Assembly (NCBI GenBank): GCA_951406725.2
Contig: OX597830.1
Span: 45,756,001-45,820,000 of the forward strand
Direction: 5' to 3'
DNA from: Octopus vulgaris
Taxonomy: Eukaryota
Length of the DNA stretch: 64,000 nt
The translations under genes were made by a program, and so were the position numbers. Numbering within the stretch: position 1 is the first letter of the stretch; each line of letters starts with the position of its first letter. Of this stretch, positions 1 to 13,996 are shown in pieces. The notes beneath the pieces were generated by a model. It did not search any database and was not told the DNA's origin. It saw only the letters and a list, made by a program, of their open reading frames with translations.

Positions 1-92
1 CTGGACAGCTCCCGTCCTTGCCAGCTTCATGTCAACCCGTCCAACCCATGCCAGTATAGAAAGCAGACATTAAACGACAATGGTGATGATGA
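1..92 (+). mobile_element. 3' end of RTE-like LINE (3' UTR plus degenerate GAT tail)
   Basis: ccgtccaacccatgccagtatagaaagcagacattaaacgacaatggtgatgatga is the reverse complement of the catcat...tttccatgctagcatgggttggac tail found many times elsewhere in the window. Confidence 0.7.
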
Positions 93-234
93 ATTACAGC
101 TTAATAATTCAACTTCAGTCCTAAGAATATACTTTGGGTTTCTGCTGGAATTGATTGCAAATGCTAAATCAAAAATGTATTTTCTGTGATGGAAATCCTC
201 ATTGATGAAGTTACTGTAAAAAGGAATACGAAGA

Positions 235-360
235 GAGAAAGAATGGATCATAAGAAATGGTAAATTCAAATATGAAACCAACCAGTATGGAGAAAGCTAA
301 TCAAGCTACACCAAAGCCATAAACAGTCATAGTTGTGACAAACCGACTGCAGATAACAAC
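235..360 (+). mobile_element. Old RTE-like LINE 3' remnant, homologous to 21230-21350
   Basis: gaatggat..aagaaatgg...aaccaaccagtatgg...ccaaagc..aacagtca.agttg.ga..gactgcag is shared with 21230-21350. Confidence 0.55.
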
Positions 361-601
361 ATAACAACAAGAGAGAGAATTTCATTTGGGTAAGTTAAGA
401 AAGTCTACAAGAAAGTTGACAGATTATCAGCAAACAACTATTAACATTTTATGAAAATTGCTTGTAAGAGCTAAAGAAGTATCAGTTACTTTGTCAGCCC
501 AGTGTAATTAAATTGCTTACAGCTCAAAAGATGAAAATTCTTTATCACAAAACTTCCATACTTTGGAAGAGACAATCTATGTGGATCATAATGAGGAAGT
601 A

Positions 602-825
602 CAGGGGTTGGACAAAATAATGGAAACACCTTAAAATTTCAAACAAATTTATTTTAGTATGGGGTAGGACTGCCTTTGGCAGTAATTACAACTTGAATTC
701 TATGAGGTATGGACTTGTACAAAGTTTGAATTGTTTGCAAAGGAATTTTTGTCCATTCTTCAGCTAAAACAGTCTCCAGTTCTTGTAGTAATGATGATGG
801 AGGATATTGACTCCTTACTTGTTTT
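602..825 (-). mobile_element. Tc1-family DNA transposon, 3' end fragment
   Basis: TA followed by a Tc1-like terminus CAGGGGTTGGACAAAATAATGGAAACACC. ORF 654..881 ends LQELETVLAEEWTKIPLQTIQTLYKSIPHRIQVVITAKGSPTPY, the typical Tc1 transposase C-terminus. Confidence 0.85.
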
Positions 826-1189
826 CTACCATAAATGTTTACTAGAAAACTATATCTAAAAAATTTTACACAATTTTTCAAAGTGACAATTTCAAATATA
901 TATTAGGACAAAATGTTATGGATGATTAGCTAGTGAAGGATCTGTAAATTTCAATTCCTGTCTTCTTGTCTGATGTGATCAATAACAATGGTCACCATAG
1001 AAACATTATTATTATTATTATTAGTTGTGCAGATGATTCAGTAGAAATAACCCCAAACTCAATGAATATCTCCTTAAACTCAATAAAAAGCAATCTTTAT
1101 TATAAAATAGCAGAAAAGATACAGAAAATCGGAAAGTGGTATACCTCAGTTTACTAGAAACATATCAATGAGTAATTAAATGTGGTAAC

Positions 1190-1382
1190 AAGGCACAAGA
1201 CTTGAAATTTGGGGGATGGGGGCTAATTGATTACATCAACCCTAATGTTGAACTGGTACTTACTTTGTCAACCCCAAAAGTATGAAAGGCAAAGTCAACC
1301 TTGGTAGAATCATAACCCAGAAGGGAAAGACAGACAAAATATTTAGTGGCATTTTGTTTGGCTTGTTAACAATTCTGCCAGA
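1190..1382 (-). mobile_element. tRNA-derived SINE family B, degenerate copy
   Basis: Shares gattacatcaaccc...aactggtact...atgaaaggcaaagtcaacct...attctgccag with 13207-13421 and 26025-26246. Confidence 0.65.
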
Positions 1383-3150
1383 CACTTATAAAAGAAAATG
1401 TATGTGTATAATTTTCCTTAGAGATAAATATAAAACATTATCATGTATATATTATTTCACAAGAATTACCAAAGTTCCTGGTTGGAGTAGGAATCTTTCG
1501 AAATGATGCAACATTGAAAAATAGAATTTGTATAATGATAAGTTAAACTTAACTACTAGCAAGGACACAGTATTTCGTTTTGCAACCACAGGTATATCAG
1601 TTTCGATTTTTAGCACAAGGCCAAGATACTACCAAGTATATTAAAGGCTTACAAGGCAAATACTGTGTTTTAAATGTTAATTAGTAGCAAGGTTAATTAG
1701 AAAATGTCATAACTCATAGTGCTGGCTCAGAATTCTATAGAAAATCTATAGCTTTTAACTTAAAAAGAAGTCTGAGGTCGTTTGTAGCCAAAACTTATAT
1801 CAAATTTCTTTAAAGTCCAAAACGTTTAACAAAACTTATTCAATCATGTTTTACAATGAACAAATATTATTTTTCTCACTCTAAAAGTTTGAATGATATA
1901 GAAAACTATACATAACAGCTCTTCTGATAGTCCTTTGCTGTCTAGACTCACTTCTAAATTTTCCTTCTTCTTTCAAGCTGTGTTATGAACATATGAATAA
2001 CTACATCATTTTCTCTAGAACAGATTAGTGAGCTGTTAAGTGAATAGAATCCATCAAAGACATTCAAGGCACAGCCAAATGCCAATGAATTTAAATTCAG
2101 AACACAGAAGAGTAAAACTAAATAATCAGAAGACTTATTTATTATAAGGTAAATTTTTTATCATTCCTTTACAAGCACAAATCAAACGATATACTTGGTA
2201 GTTTGAATTTTTTCCTTGTAATGTGTTGCTACACAGACATAGATATCCAAAAGATTTGATATATCAATATAAATATTTGCCAATTAGTCACACAACCATA
2301 GAATTAATTAGGAAATGCAATGCTTAAGCATTTCTGTTATATTTTAGAATGTGGAACTGAATCTACAAAGAATCAAGAGCAAGGTATGAATTCCATACAT
2401 GACCTACTCACCTAAAAGGTTAAATAAAAGGTTAATAAATTAGAATTTCACATTCAGCAACAGCGACTTATAGGTCTCTCTCTCTCTCTCTCTACTGAGA
2501 CCCATAAAACCCTCCCCTAGTTATGTGTGCAAAAGTACAAAATAATAAACTAACACAGATATTATCAATATAAAATAGGGGACTCGTTATCAGCCTAAGC
2601 AAAGAGAAACATTTTTGAAAGATGTTTCCTAATTAAAACTCTCTGCTGAAACTTGAAGATGATCATTGTGTAAACACATTATTTTCCATTAACAAATCGC
2701 AATATAACATAAACAGGAACTGCCCAATCACTGACCTATATTCAGCATTTAATGCACAGCCTAGCATACTTTATATTTCAGATGTCATGGTAAACATTGT
2801 GCTCTATTTATAGCAGCTATCTTGTAAACATTTTACCCAAAAATCTCATCCCTGGGAAGAGGAGAGGAATTTGAGATACAAAAATATTTCATATTTAATA
2901 TGATTTTTCTTCTATAATCAAAGAAAACAACGATGATCCCTTAACGACAAAAACATTTTCCTTAAAAACTTAAAAAGCTTATTATAAGGTCAGAAACTAA
3001 AACTTGCAATCTAAAAAGGATATTGTGTGAAGGAATGTTTTTTATTTACTGATTTTGAAAAAAATTCCCTTTTGAAAAGCACACAGAACTATCTTTCTGT
3101 GATGATAAGTTATTTCTAGAGTAGAACCCATTGAGCAGAATGTTAACTCC

Positions 3151-3157
<7 letters not shown>

Positions 3158-3187
<30 letters not shown>
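3158..3187. repeat. (TG)n microsatellite
   Basis: Uninterrupted TG dinucleotide run. Confidence 0.95.
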
Positions 3188-3189
<2 letters not shown>

Positions 3190-3736
3190 AGTTTTAGATT
3201 CTAAATTGACTGCTTGGCGCCCCCCTGGAGAAACCAGATAACATCTGTTATCTAGATGACACAGTTCTTAGGGTAGAAATAGCAGCAGAGGGATGATTGG
3301 GCAACTAAAGGTGACTCAAATGGGTACGTATGGAAGAAATGTACCCAATGCAGGCGGTATGGCAGTATGTGTAAAAGGTATGATGTTTATGGCAGTTGAA
3401 ATTCTTTAGTCCAACAAAGAGGTAGTAATACGTACCAACAGCCTTTTGTGTACGTTTTTGAACTGGAGACATTAATGCAATTAATACAGGATTTGAGGGA
3501 GGGAGAAAAAATAGGTGCATCAGGTGTATTTGGACAGGGATAATATGAAAGTTTACTAGTTTAGAGGAGCAGACACACTAGTATTAGTAGTAACAGAGAC
3601 AGCAGGGAAACAATGCCAATGAGCAAGTAGCTTTAGCACATTGTTGATTGAATCTTGGCTAATTAGATGAAAGGCTTTTTTTATTATTTCATGTGCAGCA
3701 GATGAACTATCCAAGACATGTGCATATTTCAATGTA

Positions 3737-4646
3737 CAAGGTGGTATCAAAAGATTCTTGGACTAGTTATGTTTAATAAAAAATAACTTTTTTTTTAATC
3801 TAAGTTTTAACATAATTTCTTTGAAATAGTCACCTTGTGCAACAATACACAGGTCCCAGTATTCCTGCCACTTTTAGAATCCAGCCTAGAAGTTGTTTTC
3901 CGTAAGCGAGTCGAGGACCTTCAGTGATTTGCTCTGGATTTCAACAACGTTGTTAAAATGGCAGCCTTTGAGCTGTATTCTCATCTTGGGGAAGAGATGG
4001 AAATCCACAGGTGCTAAATCTCACAGACAGGGCAGGTGCGGAAGCAATACCATGTTGTTTTTGGCAAGAAACTTATGAATGAGGAGAGCTCAGTGACAGG
4101 GTGCATTTTCATTGTGAAGAAACCAGACATTAGGATTGCCTGCATGGACCCATACGACAGACCAACAACATCAGCAATGTTGTGGATTGTCCTCCAACGA
4201 TCCTCATGCACAAGTGGATGAATTTTCTCCACATTTCTGGGGGTGACACTTGTGGCAGCTCTCACAGATCACTAATCGTCTTCCAGAGACATTCTTCTGC
4301 TTTAGAAGTGCCCAGGCCACTCAAAACATTGCATACAACCCATTGCCTCATCACCATCAGCTTACTGAAGAATGTTCAATGTCTCTGTGGCAGACTTTCC
4401 AAGTTGAAAGCAACATTTCAAGTTGGCTCTTTGTTCCAACTTGCTGTCCATGACAAAAATCACAGACTACAGCATTCACGTGATCACAAAAACACAAATT
4501 TCACAACCTGTGAAGTAAACACAGCGATGTCACTAGGCACAATGCCTCATGAAGGTCACTGGTAGCACTCACTGCGGACACAGCCATGTGCTGCCATCTG
4601 TTGATGTTCTACAGAGCTAGTCCAGGAACTATTAGATACCACCTCG
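3737..4646 (-). mobile_element. Internally deleted mariner element (910 bp) with both TIRs and TA TSD
   Basis: Left TA|CAAGGTGGTATCAAAAGATTCTTGGACTAG pairs with right CTAGTCCAGGAACTATTAGATACCACCTCG|TA. The minus strand encodes an HTH fragment (TSVTPRNVEKIHPLVHEDRWRTIHNIADVVGLSYGSMQAIL) fused directly to a degenerate C-terminal catalytic part. Confidence 0.9.
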
Positions 4647-6880
4647 TAGGTTACACTTTTATTTCGAAGTAATTCAAATGTGTTAGCTTTTGTGATGCAA
4701 TTGTGTGTTACACACACACGCGCACACACACATTTACCTCTGAGGATCGTAAGTGTTTGTGATGCTGAGCTTTTGTAGAGACTGCAAAAGATTTACTTGT
4801 GTAGTTTCTGATAGAACACAGGGATCTGCTTTCCTTTGATATGTTTTAATAGCAAAATTGTTTTTGAAATTTCTATCATAGAAGTTATTTGTGCATAAAT
4901 AGTACAGTATACTTTATGAAAGAGAACATTTAGTTACAAGTAAAAAAAAAAAAAGACCCTGTCTTTGATATAAAGAAGGAAGTGAATGAAAGAAATAATC
5001 AAGTTTTGAGGCCATCAGAGTTGATAGAATATGGAGTGAAGAGAGCCCTGTTGATGCGTGGAGGAAACTTCCAAGCCAACAAGTGAAAGATAGAAGCAAC
5101 AAGCTTGCAAGAGTAGTTTGATGAATAAAATGAGCAAAGCAATGATTGTTAGAAAATTCAATGAGGAATTTAAGTAAGGGCTCTAACCTTACTCCCTTTA
5201 AAGCAATAATAAAGTAATAATTCAAGGAGTGGATGTCCTGAGGAATGTTTACCACCTTTATTCTCAAGCAGTAAAGGTCTAACAAAACACATTCCTGCAA
5301 ATATTATCCAACTTTTCAAGGCTTGTATGAACAAAAAACTTCGAAAATATAATGCAAAGTAAATTTGGCAACATTAGAGGATGTTTCCCTCTCTTTTAGT
5401 AACACCAAACAAAATTACTAATGTGCCTCTACATGGTCACTTGACCTTGTTAGAAACAGTAGCCACATCTCCTTCAAATCACTACAACCTACTTTTTTTT
5501 TATTCAATGTCAAAATTCTGTAAGTAGCTATAAACAATTCATTCTCTTTGATGGAAATCTTATGGTAATTACAAATAAATGATGCTAACAAAAGCAGAGC
5601 CCACAAGACTTTTGCTTTCATCACTTACTGACCATGTCTACAAAGCTGGAGCGTGACCCTCACAAGAATACAGAGCACAGGTGAATGGCCAAACTCACCC
5701 AACCAAACATTGCAAGCTCAATTCCAAAATGAAATAAACAGATTTATTGATAACGATTCATGCAGAGGTTCTCTCCATTACTTCAAGAAAGGCTTTCGTT
5801 TATGTGAACGGGCAAACTGCTTGAGTGCCATCGGTGCACCTCTTCCTTGTTGTTGTTTGTTATACCAACTTACTCTCATTGGAACTCACTCCCAGCCCAA
5901 AACACAAGTTCAAGCTGAATACCAATAAGTCAAATCTACCCAAGGTTATGGGAACTCCCTTCCCTTACAAATGATAATAATGATGATAAACCAACAACGA
6001 TGAGGAGGATCTGGAGAATACTACACACACGAGAAGAGTTAAAAGTAAGAGCACTGAAAAGAGAATGCTTATGAGCTGCTATAACAACTCACTGGTTGCA
6101 GAGAGGTTTGATGTCAAGGAAATCTAATTAGAACTGGAAATGGTTGTATAGAGGCGCTCCAAGATAAGAGATGGAACCAGTTAAAAAGGCAACTACATGT
6201 TGGTAAGAAAGAGTTTTTCTTTTCTTGAAAAAAAGACAGACAATATGAAGTTATGTGAAAATGTGTTGTGCTGGGTGGGTGTGACATAGGGCAGTGTAGC
6301 ATATCAGCACTAATTGTGGCTTGTTAAGGCCAGCTGAAAGTTAGCTGAGTAGGGAGTAGAAAGGAGCTGAGAGAGCAACTAGTTATCAAGAACATCAGCT
6401 GTATAGGCAGGAGAGACAATTGCATTGGTATGGGAAAGACAAATGGATAAATGGGTACGAGGTGAAACATGTGTCATGTACAGAAAGTGGGAGGTGTAGT
6501 GGCAAAGTCAGATCTCAGAATGTTTCACGTATAAGATGATATAGGACCAAGAAGTGTATAGCATTAAAAAGATGATAATAATGATGATGGGGAGAGGGGG
6601 GTAACGATGATGTAGTTTTAGTTTATTTGGATGTAGACACAATTTTAAAGAATTCAAGAAAATTTTCCAACATAAAGATTTTTCTTTCTTCCAATTAAGT
6701 ATTGTGTAGTTGTTTTATTTAATAATTAAACTTCAATCTTAAAACACATCTTTAGATTTTAGGATGGTTCAATTTACAAAATTGTTTTGATATTTAAAAA
6801 CAGAAAAAGCACCATCTATAGAAACATTGAAGATTTATAGACATACAAAACATTCTGGAATAATGAAGAAAGCAACTTAA

Positions 6881-7090
6881 CCCTTTTGATACCAACTCAC
6901 CTGAAACTGCCTCTGGCTCTGTTGTTTTCAAAAGTTCTAAATTAATATCTTCCCCCAAAACCTTAGTCACAACTTATGTTCCTAACACTAGCTTAATGAT
7001 AACTAAGTTAGTTTACTAAACTCTTTGTTATATTTAAAATTAATTGAAAGAAACAGAGAGTATCTCAACAGAAATATGGTAAGAAAAGAG
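6881..7090. mobile_element. piggyBac-type MITE
   Basis: Left end TTAA|CCCTTTTGATACCA and degenerate inverted right end TGGTAAGAAAAGAG|TAA. About 210 bp, non-coding. Confidence 0.6.
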
Positions 7091-8519
7091 TAAGACTGGT
7101 TGTTACTAGCAAGGATCATATCTTGATAATAAAGATTCTATCATTACAACTGGAAAAAATTCCTGGCCAAACATTAGGAACATTCATAGTTGGAAATTTT
7201 TTTTTATCTAGTTAAGCTGGATAATAAGCTATGAAGCTACAACTGTAAGAATGTAAAATATACGTATTTACTTCTAATTTACTTCCATATAATCTATTTA
7301 TTACAGACAGTGTCACCATCTCCAATACTACCTGCAAGAAATTCCATAGACTATTCTCTTTAGTGCAAAGAAATATTTTATCTCAAAGAAGATATCTGCC
7401 TGCAAGTATGAAAGAAGGGAATATCACTGCTATTTATACGATAATAGTTATCGGTTTATGTAGAAGATATCAGTGCTACTTCCATCATTCCTTACAGCTG
7501 AAAGCTATTCCTAATGCCAACCACTTTACAGAGTGTACTAGGCAGTTTCTCCACAGCACCAGCCCTAATGATGGTGCCATGTAACTCACTACATCAAAAA
7601 ATCCCTCAACTGAGTGGCAGCACAGCAGAGGCTAAACTATGATACTGGGTAGGAACAGGTATCTTGCTGTTGAGGCTACCCGACATTATGGAAGGGAGAG
7701 TGGGACTGCAAAGAGAGATAAAGATGGTGGTGATGAGGTGTAAGGCCATACCCTGAAAGGGAGCAGAGAGAGTGGAGACAGAATATCAGGAAGGATGAGT
7801 AGGTAAATTTTGCAAGAGCATGGGAGAAGAGTGAGAGGTGGTGAGAGAAAGGGGTAGAGGTGAATGCATTGAATGATCAACAAGAGAACAAGGGTGGAGG
7901 CATGGCTGATAGTAAATATGAGTTGGAGGGGAAGGTGATAAGAAATGAATGTGTGTCTCAGTGTAGAGGAGGAGGAAATGATGGGCAGTAAAGGAAAAGG
8001 TGAAGGGCAGCAGAATAATAAAAAAAAAACTGTAGACAGATGAGAGATAAAGGGATAACTGAGTGGGGGGGGGTAGATAAGAGTTGTGTGAAAGAGAGAG
8101 TGACAGAGATAAGGTCAGAGGTAGACAGAGGTAAACATAGTAAGTGGCAAACAAAGGACATTGGGAGTTAAAATGGGGCATGGGTGTCAATAAAATGTAA
8201 TTCAGGGGAGAGGTAACTGGTAGCAAAGAAGGGTGATCTGTGGAAAATAAAAGTGGCGAGGTACAATAATGAGAATGATGGTCAAAAGGATGTGGTTCTA
8301 CAGAGAGGGAGAGAGATAACTGAGAGCACAGAAACGTGCAGAATGTGTAGCTCTGTCCCCACTTAATTACAGAGCAATTAGAAGAGTGATGGAGCGATGA
8401 GTGTTAAGGAAAATGAAAAGGTGTGGAAGACAGGAACAAACTGGATGCAAGGGGGTGGGGTGGACGTGTATATCCTAAACATAATGCTCTGAAGAAGCCT
8501 GTTTTGTTGTGATGTGTTT

Positions 8520-10830
8520 TCTTGAGCACAGTGTATCACCAATTACTTCTGCACTTTGTCATCTCCTCTTTGAGGTTCAGCACCCAGAGACTGTATTTCA
8601 CGACTTCACCGGTCTCCCTCTTCTACAGATACCATCCACATCAAATGACTGATACTATTTTACGCAGCCAGTTTTTCTCTCAATACATGTATATTCCAGC
8701 ATTCATCTGCTCTAATATTGCACATCAAACAGAGCATGTTAGCTTCAATTCTTTCTAGTCTTCACAAAATCTCTATGCTCAGAGCTCATATCTCACTACC
8801 ATGTAGCCTAGCAGATCATGCACAAGCATCATACAGTCTGCTGTTCCCTTGAGGGAGAAACCTTTTGTTACCAACAGAGGTACCAAATAACACTCTGAAC
8901 ATTTTCTAGGCTGTTCTTACCCTAACAACCATACTTTCAGAACATCCTCCTCAACTGCTAATTAGGCCCCTAAGCAACTATCGACTACTTCTAGGGTTCC
9001 CCCAGATCATTTGAGAAAATCTATTTCTCATGTGTTGTTAATGTTTGTTGCTCCTACACATCTGCCACATGCAAGGTCTATTTCCTCTGTTACCCTTCCT
9101 AAGATTCCATTGCATCTATTGTGTGTCCATAGCTTGCACTGAACACCACACAGAATTCCTGCTACACATTTTCTACATATCAAGCAAAGTCATTTTCTTG
9201 AAGTGGGTAGAGTACTGGCTGTTTTCTTACTTACTAAATAGTCTTTGCTAAGTTAACTTTACATTACGGTTTTGTTCCACAATTAGAATTTCTTTTCTGA
9301 TTCTATTACAGATTCCACTACAAGAATCTGTAATAGAATATGTGACCTTAAACTCCTCCTTAAACAGGAGTTTAAGACAATCTGGAAACCCAGTCTTAAA
9401 TTCCTTCATTATGACTTTAATAGACAAGGACTGAGAACCAAGTTCTGGTGGGCCCCTACCCGTATATCGAATTCATTGCAGTACTTATGGCTAATTCTTG
9501 TCTTGCACACAGTTCCTTTGTGTATGACTTTCACAAGTCATTTATTTACTCCAAGCATTCTCAGAGACCACCAGATCACACAGAAAGGAAGGATTTCTCT
9601 AAGTCAACAAATGCCAAATAGAACAGCTTACTTTTAGCTATATACTTCTGTTGCAGTTGCCTTACTATAAAAGAGAGCACCAGTAGGATTTCTGCCTGGC
9701 AGAAAACCAAACTACATCTCATCTAGGCAAATTCTCATACATTATTAAATGAGCTCAACTTCTGTGACATGGTCCAGCAACTGAGACTCTTGTAGTTACT
9801 TCTCTCTAAGACATCTCCTTTACTCTTGTAACCATTGACTATAATGTTGCTATGCCAGTCATTAGATACAACACCTCACTTACTGCCTGATTAACTTATA
9901 CAGGTAAATGCTAGATATTTTAAGTATCTCAGTAGTAGTTCTTGATGTATCAGTAATTTCCTTGCCTTAATACCCCCAAAAAGTTTCATCTATCAGACTA
10001 TAGTCCACTAGAAAGGCAGCTCCCTCAGTTGAGCTGGGGAAACTCTCTTTCTCCCATGCATTTTTTTATATTTAAAATCCTTTCATAATATTAGTTCCAA
10101 ACCTCTTTCTTTTAAGAAGCAGAAGAGTGCAAGTGTGTCATCATCCATCCATACAAACTTCTCACCCTCCACATCTTCATTCCCTCTGGTACACTGCTTT
10201 GCAATCTGAAATACTTCATGCAGCAGAACACTGACAAAATTCTTACCTTCTGTATCTCCCTTCGCTAATTAAACCTGTCGCCTAGCTTCTCTTCTAGCTA
10301 CCTGATATAATTCTCTGCTGAAGCCATTATTCCAAGCTTATCTTTGACTTTTACTGTTTCGTCTGCCTTACTATTCCACCAGCATATCACACTCTGTCTG
10401 TTTGGAACTTTGCACCAGCCACAGAGTTGGTCTACAGACCTCAGCAGGTTGTCCCTGAGGATCTTCCACTTGTTGTCTACAGTATACATATCTTTCTTCC
10501 CTTACTTTTCATCAGATAATTCAACCAGCACTTCTCTAAATTTCCAACTGTTTAATAGGTTTTTAAGCTTCCCTAAATATGCTTTTCCCGGCTGGATTGT
10601 GTGTCTGAATCCTTCCAGCTCTAAGTCTAAAGTTATTAACCACCAGCCTATGTTGGGACTGACATTACATTCTATCCCATTTCCAACTAAGAATGTACTC
10701 AATCTGGTTGGTGTGCTCACCAGAGTGATCAGGTGTTCAGGGGGCTGGCTGGTTTCCTGAAGCAAATGTTGCAGGTCACCAAGTCATTTGCATCACAGAA
10801 CTCCAGCAGCCTGGTTCTCAGCTATATTTT
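8520..10830 (-). mobile_element. Degenerate RTE-like LINE (endonuclease C-terminal part, RT, Cys-rich region, C-terminus)
   Basis: Minus-strand fragments such as WKILRDNLLRSVDQLCGWCKVP and EHLITLVSTPTRL. Colinear nucleotide similarity to the copies at 21475-22705 and 34389-36630. Many stops and frameshifts. Confidence 0.8.
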
Positions 10831-11132
10831 TCAGTACAAATATGGGATATCCTTGCTCTTTATAGTTAAAATTACCAGCTTAAAAATGGGACAACATTAT
10901 TATTTACATAATTGTTACAATTATTAATGTACATGCAAGATACTACCTCTGTTTATACAGCTTCTAATTATACAGTCACATTTATCATTCCTATTTAAAA
11001 AGCTGTCATATTTATCAATGCTGTTCCAATGTCATATTTATCATGTGCTATTTATAGAAACAATCATCAGTGCTTTGCTATATTCATCAGGGTTACTTAT
11101 ATAGCCATATATTTATCAGCACTTCTTAAATA

Positions 11133-11522
11133 TCTCTATATATAAAGCTGAAGTTGTCTGTGTATGGCAGGTTTGGTAGCCTTCAACTAACACTATCTCC
11201 TCTGAGACCCAGCGGCACAAGTTGACCAAAATTGAGAGTATGATAGAAGAAGGCTTGCTCTTCATTCCGTAGGAGATAAAATTCAAATAGGACCATGTTA
11301 ACACTAAAAATTAATTACATCAAAAAGGAGCTTTTTATCTATGAAAATCCCTATTTTTTACGATTTTTTGACTGCTGTGTCGCCATGTTTTGGTGTATTT
11401 CAACCAGAAAAATGTTCACTTAAAGAGAATAACAAGCTACATAATGCAAATTTTTTACTTTTCAAAAATTCCAATTCTAAAGGGTCGAAACAAACCCAAG
11501 CAACGCCGGGCAATACTGCTAG
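11133..11522 (+). mobile_element. Non-autonomous Helitron-like element, copy 1
   Basis: A|TC 5' start (TCTCTATATATAAAG), subterminal imperfect hairpin CCCAAGCAACGCCGGG, 3' CTAG|T, no TSD. A highly similar inverted copy lies at 49064-49460. Confidence 0.85.
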
Positions 11523-12126
11523 TAAGTGATAATAATATCATCCTATTTATCAGTGTTATTTATACACTTATGTTTGGAGTTCCTACATCTCAATGATTAC
11601 TATGTCCCTAGGAAACAAAAATGATTGATGCAGTGTGCTCTTGTTTATTGTATTGTTATAACAATAGCATTGCTCCACAGAACTGGCTGACTTTGTTCAC
11701 TTCCATTCAGAATAATTTACTCTACATTACCCCACATTCTTCCTATTTTATAATAAGTTACAAATCTATTATGAAGTAGTAACTACAATCTTTCCTCATT
11801 GAAATGGTCTAAGTAAGCAAACAAAGTTACCCCTTAATCACTGAAAATCATCAAATAAAAGAGACAATGAGAATGAGAGAGAGAGCACACATACCCCACC
11901 ACCCAATTATTTGAGGGTTCTTTTTTTTTTCTTTTGTATTAAGCTTGATCAAAACTTGATCAGAACATGATTAAACTATATACTTTATATCATGGGAAGA
12001 AATTAATAAGTTACTCATCTACTGCAAAAAAAAAAACAACAACAAAAAAAAATAAGAATTATTGAGTTCTATGAAATTAAATTGGACTGATACACAAAAC
12101 ACAGAATAAAAATACTCCATACATAC

Positions 12127-12261
12127 CATCCTGAAAGACACGTTCGACATTGAGTCCGTATGTTGCACAGGTTTCATAATATGTACATCTTTTCAAATCT
12201 ATTGCAAGTTTACGGGCCCGTACATCATCAATCACACGTGGATTGCTTTCACTGATGGCAT
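12127..12261 (-). CDS. AGAP1: AGAP1 homolog, internal coding exon (135 nt), end of the GTPase-like domain
   Basis: Acceptor gttttag|, donor |gtatgt. Translates (D)[44 protein letters not shown], the AGAP hallmark NPRVIDD...[18 protein letters not shown]. Phase 1 in, phase 1 out. Confidence 0.96.
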
Positions 12262-13206
12262 CTAAAACATCATTTTAAACATTGTATAAAATTAGGAATC
12301 ACACCACATATAATGGTTTCAGAATTTTAAAATTCCTCATGTAAATTAATGCTTGATTTCAATGACTTAAATGTCACTTCAGTTAGAATAAAGGGAGACA
12401 GGAAATAATTAAAATGGCAAAAATATTTAAATAGTTATAGTTTTTTTCTGTAAACAAAGATACAGAAACTAATAACACCATGTAGTAAATGATAATATAA
12501 AGTCAGGTATTCTTTGAAATCCAAGACTACAAAGAAAGATTATCAAATAATATGCTAGCAGGTTCAATGGGGGAAAATACATTCAAATTTTAATTGCTTT
12601 TAGAAAAGAGCTTGTATATTGTATTCAGCAGAAGCCAAAGGTTCCACAGAAAAAGACAGGGGTGCTACAAGAAACTTCGAGAAGGACAAACGTGTGCATA
12701 GATTTCAAGTGGCAGAGTGTTTTCCTAAAGTCTAGTTGAAGTAAAAGTGAGGTAAAGAGATTTTTCAAGTTAGAATTTCTTTTGAGATATATTTAAAATA
12801 CAGATCCTAGAGACTTGCAAAAGTTCAAAACCATCTGGTACACAGAACCAAGAATGAATTGAGAACTTTGCTATTTATTTAGAATATTTCATTTCTATAG
12901 AGTGTACATTCATTTTCTTATTTTATTTACTTAATTTTCTGTTTAAAAGTCATTAGTTCTATTTATATTTCAGCTGAAAAAATAGTCATTTGGCATTAGA
13001 GGTTTAAAAAGAGAGAAAAAAAGTTTAAATGAATAATAAGAAAACATAACCTTTTAGCTAATTATCATTTACGAAATTTGAAGTTAATTCTCTCCTCACA
13101 GTTTCATGTCACTCATTTTCTTATAAGACTTTAAAACATTTTGGTAAATATTTTTTCATATTGGTTAACAGAAACTATGGCCAGAATTTAATATTTATTC
13201 TAATAA

Positions 13207-13421
13207 TGGTTTCAAATTTTGCCACAAGGGCAACAATTTTAAGGGAGGGGATGAGTCAATTACATCAATCCCAGTGTTTAACTGATACTTATTTTAGTGG
13301 GCCCCTAAAGGAAGAAAGGTAAAGCTGACCTCAGCAGAATTTGAACTCATAATGTAGTAACAGCTGAAACACCACTAAGCATTTCATCCAGCACCTAACG
13401 ATTCTGCCAGCTTGCCACCTT
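13207..13421 (-). mobile_element. tRNA-derived SINE family B
   Basis: The minus strand begins AGGTGGCAAGCTGGCAGAATCGTTAG (A-box like) and contains GAGTTCAAATTC (B-box like). Dispersed copies at 1190, 26025 and 52920. Confidence 0.75.
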
Positions 13422-13649
13422 AATATTTATTATAATAATGAAACAACTTTCCAATTTTTGATAATAAATTATAAAAGAAGCAACAAAGGCAATATCCCTT
13501 AAGCTGTTGATTTGACTATTTGTTTCCAGCGTCTTTCATAGAAATCTAAATACATCTATAACTTTATAGAAGCTAAGGAACTTAAATATATTTTTTATCA
13601 TAACTTGTTATGCGATATTTAGCTTTCTTTCTTCTGTTTATGTAGTTCA

Positions 13650-13996
13650 GCATCATCATCATCATTTAGCGTCCGTTCTCCATGCTAGCATGGACTGAGC
13701 AATTTTGACTGCGGGCTGGTGAGCCAGATGGCTGCACCAGGCTCCAATCTTGATCTGGCAGAGTTTCTACAGCTGGATGCCCTTCCTAATGCCAACCACT
13801 CTGAGAGTGTAGTGGGTGCTTTTTACGTGCCACCGGCATGGGGGCCAGTCAGGTGGTACTGGTAATGGCCACGCTCAAATCTATTTACACATGCCACCGG
13901 CACATGTGCCAGTAAGGCAACGCTGGTAACGATCACGCTCGAATGGTGCCTTTTATGTGCATTGATCACGCTAGCCGCTCTGGCAACGATCACACT
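13650..13996 (-). mobile_element. 5'-truncated RTE-like LINE (3' UTR only)
   Basis: (CAT)n tail plus the ctggatgcccttcctaatgccaaccactctgagagtgtagtgggtgct core shared with the 3' end of the long copy at 34389. Confidence 0.85.

Noticed and set aside
6100-6560. Possible very old L2/CR1-like LINE 3' remnant (SYCLSFF...NSFLPTCSCLFN)
   Set aside because: Similarity is too weak to support without an HMM search.
7686-8460. Leu/Ser/Pro-rich ORFs on the minus strand
   Set aside because: Products of purine-rich low-complexity sequence, with no domain signal.
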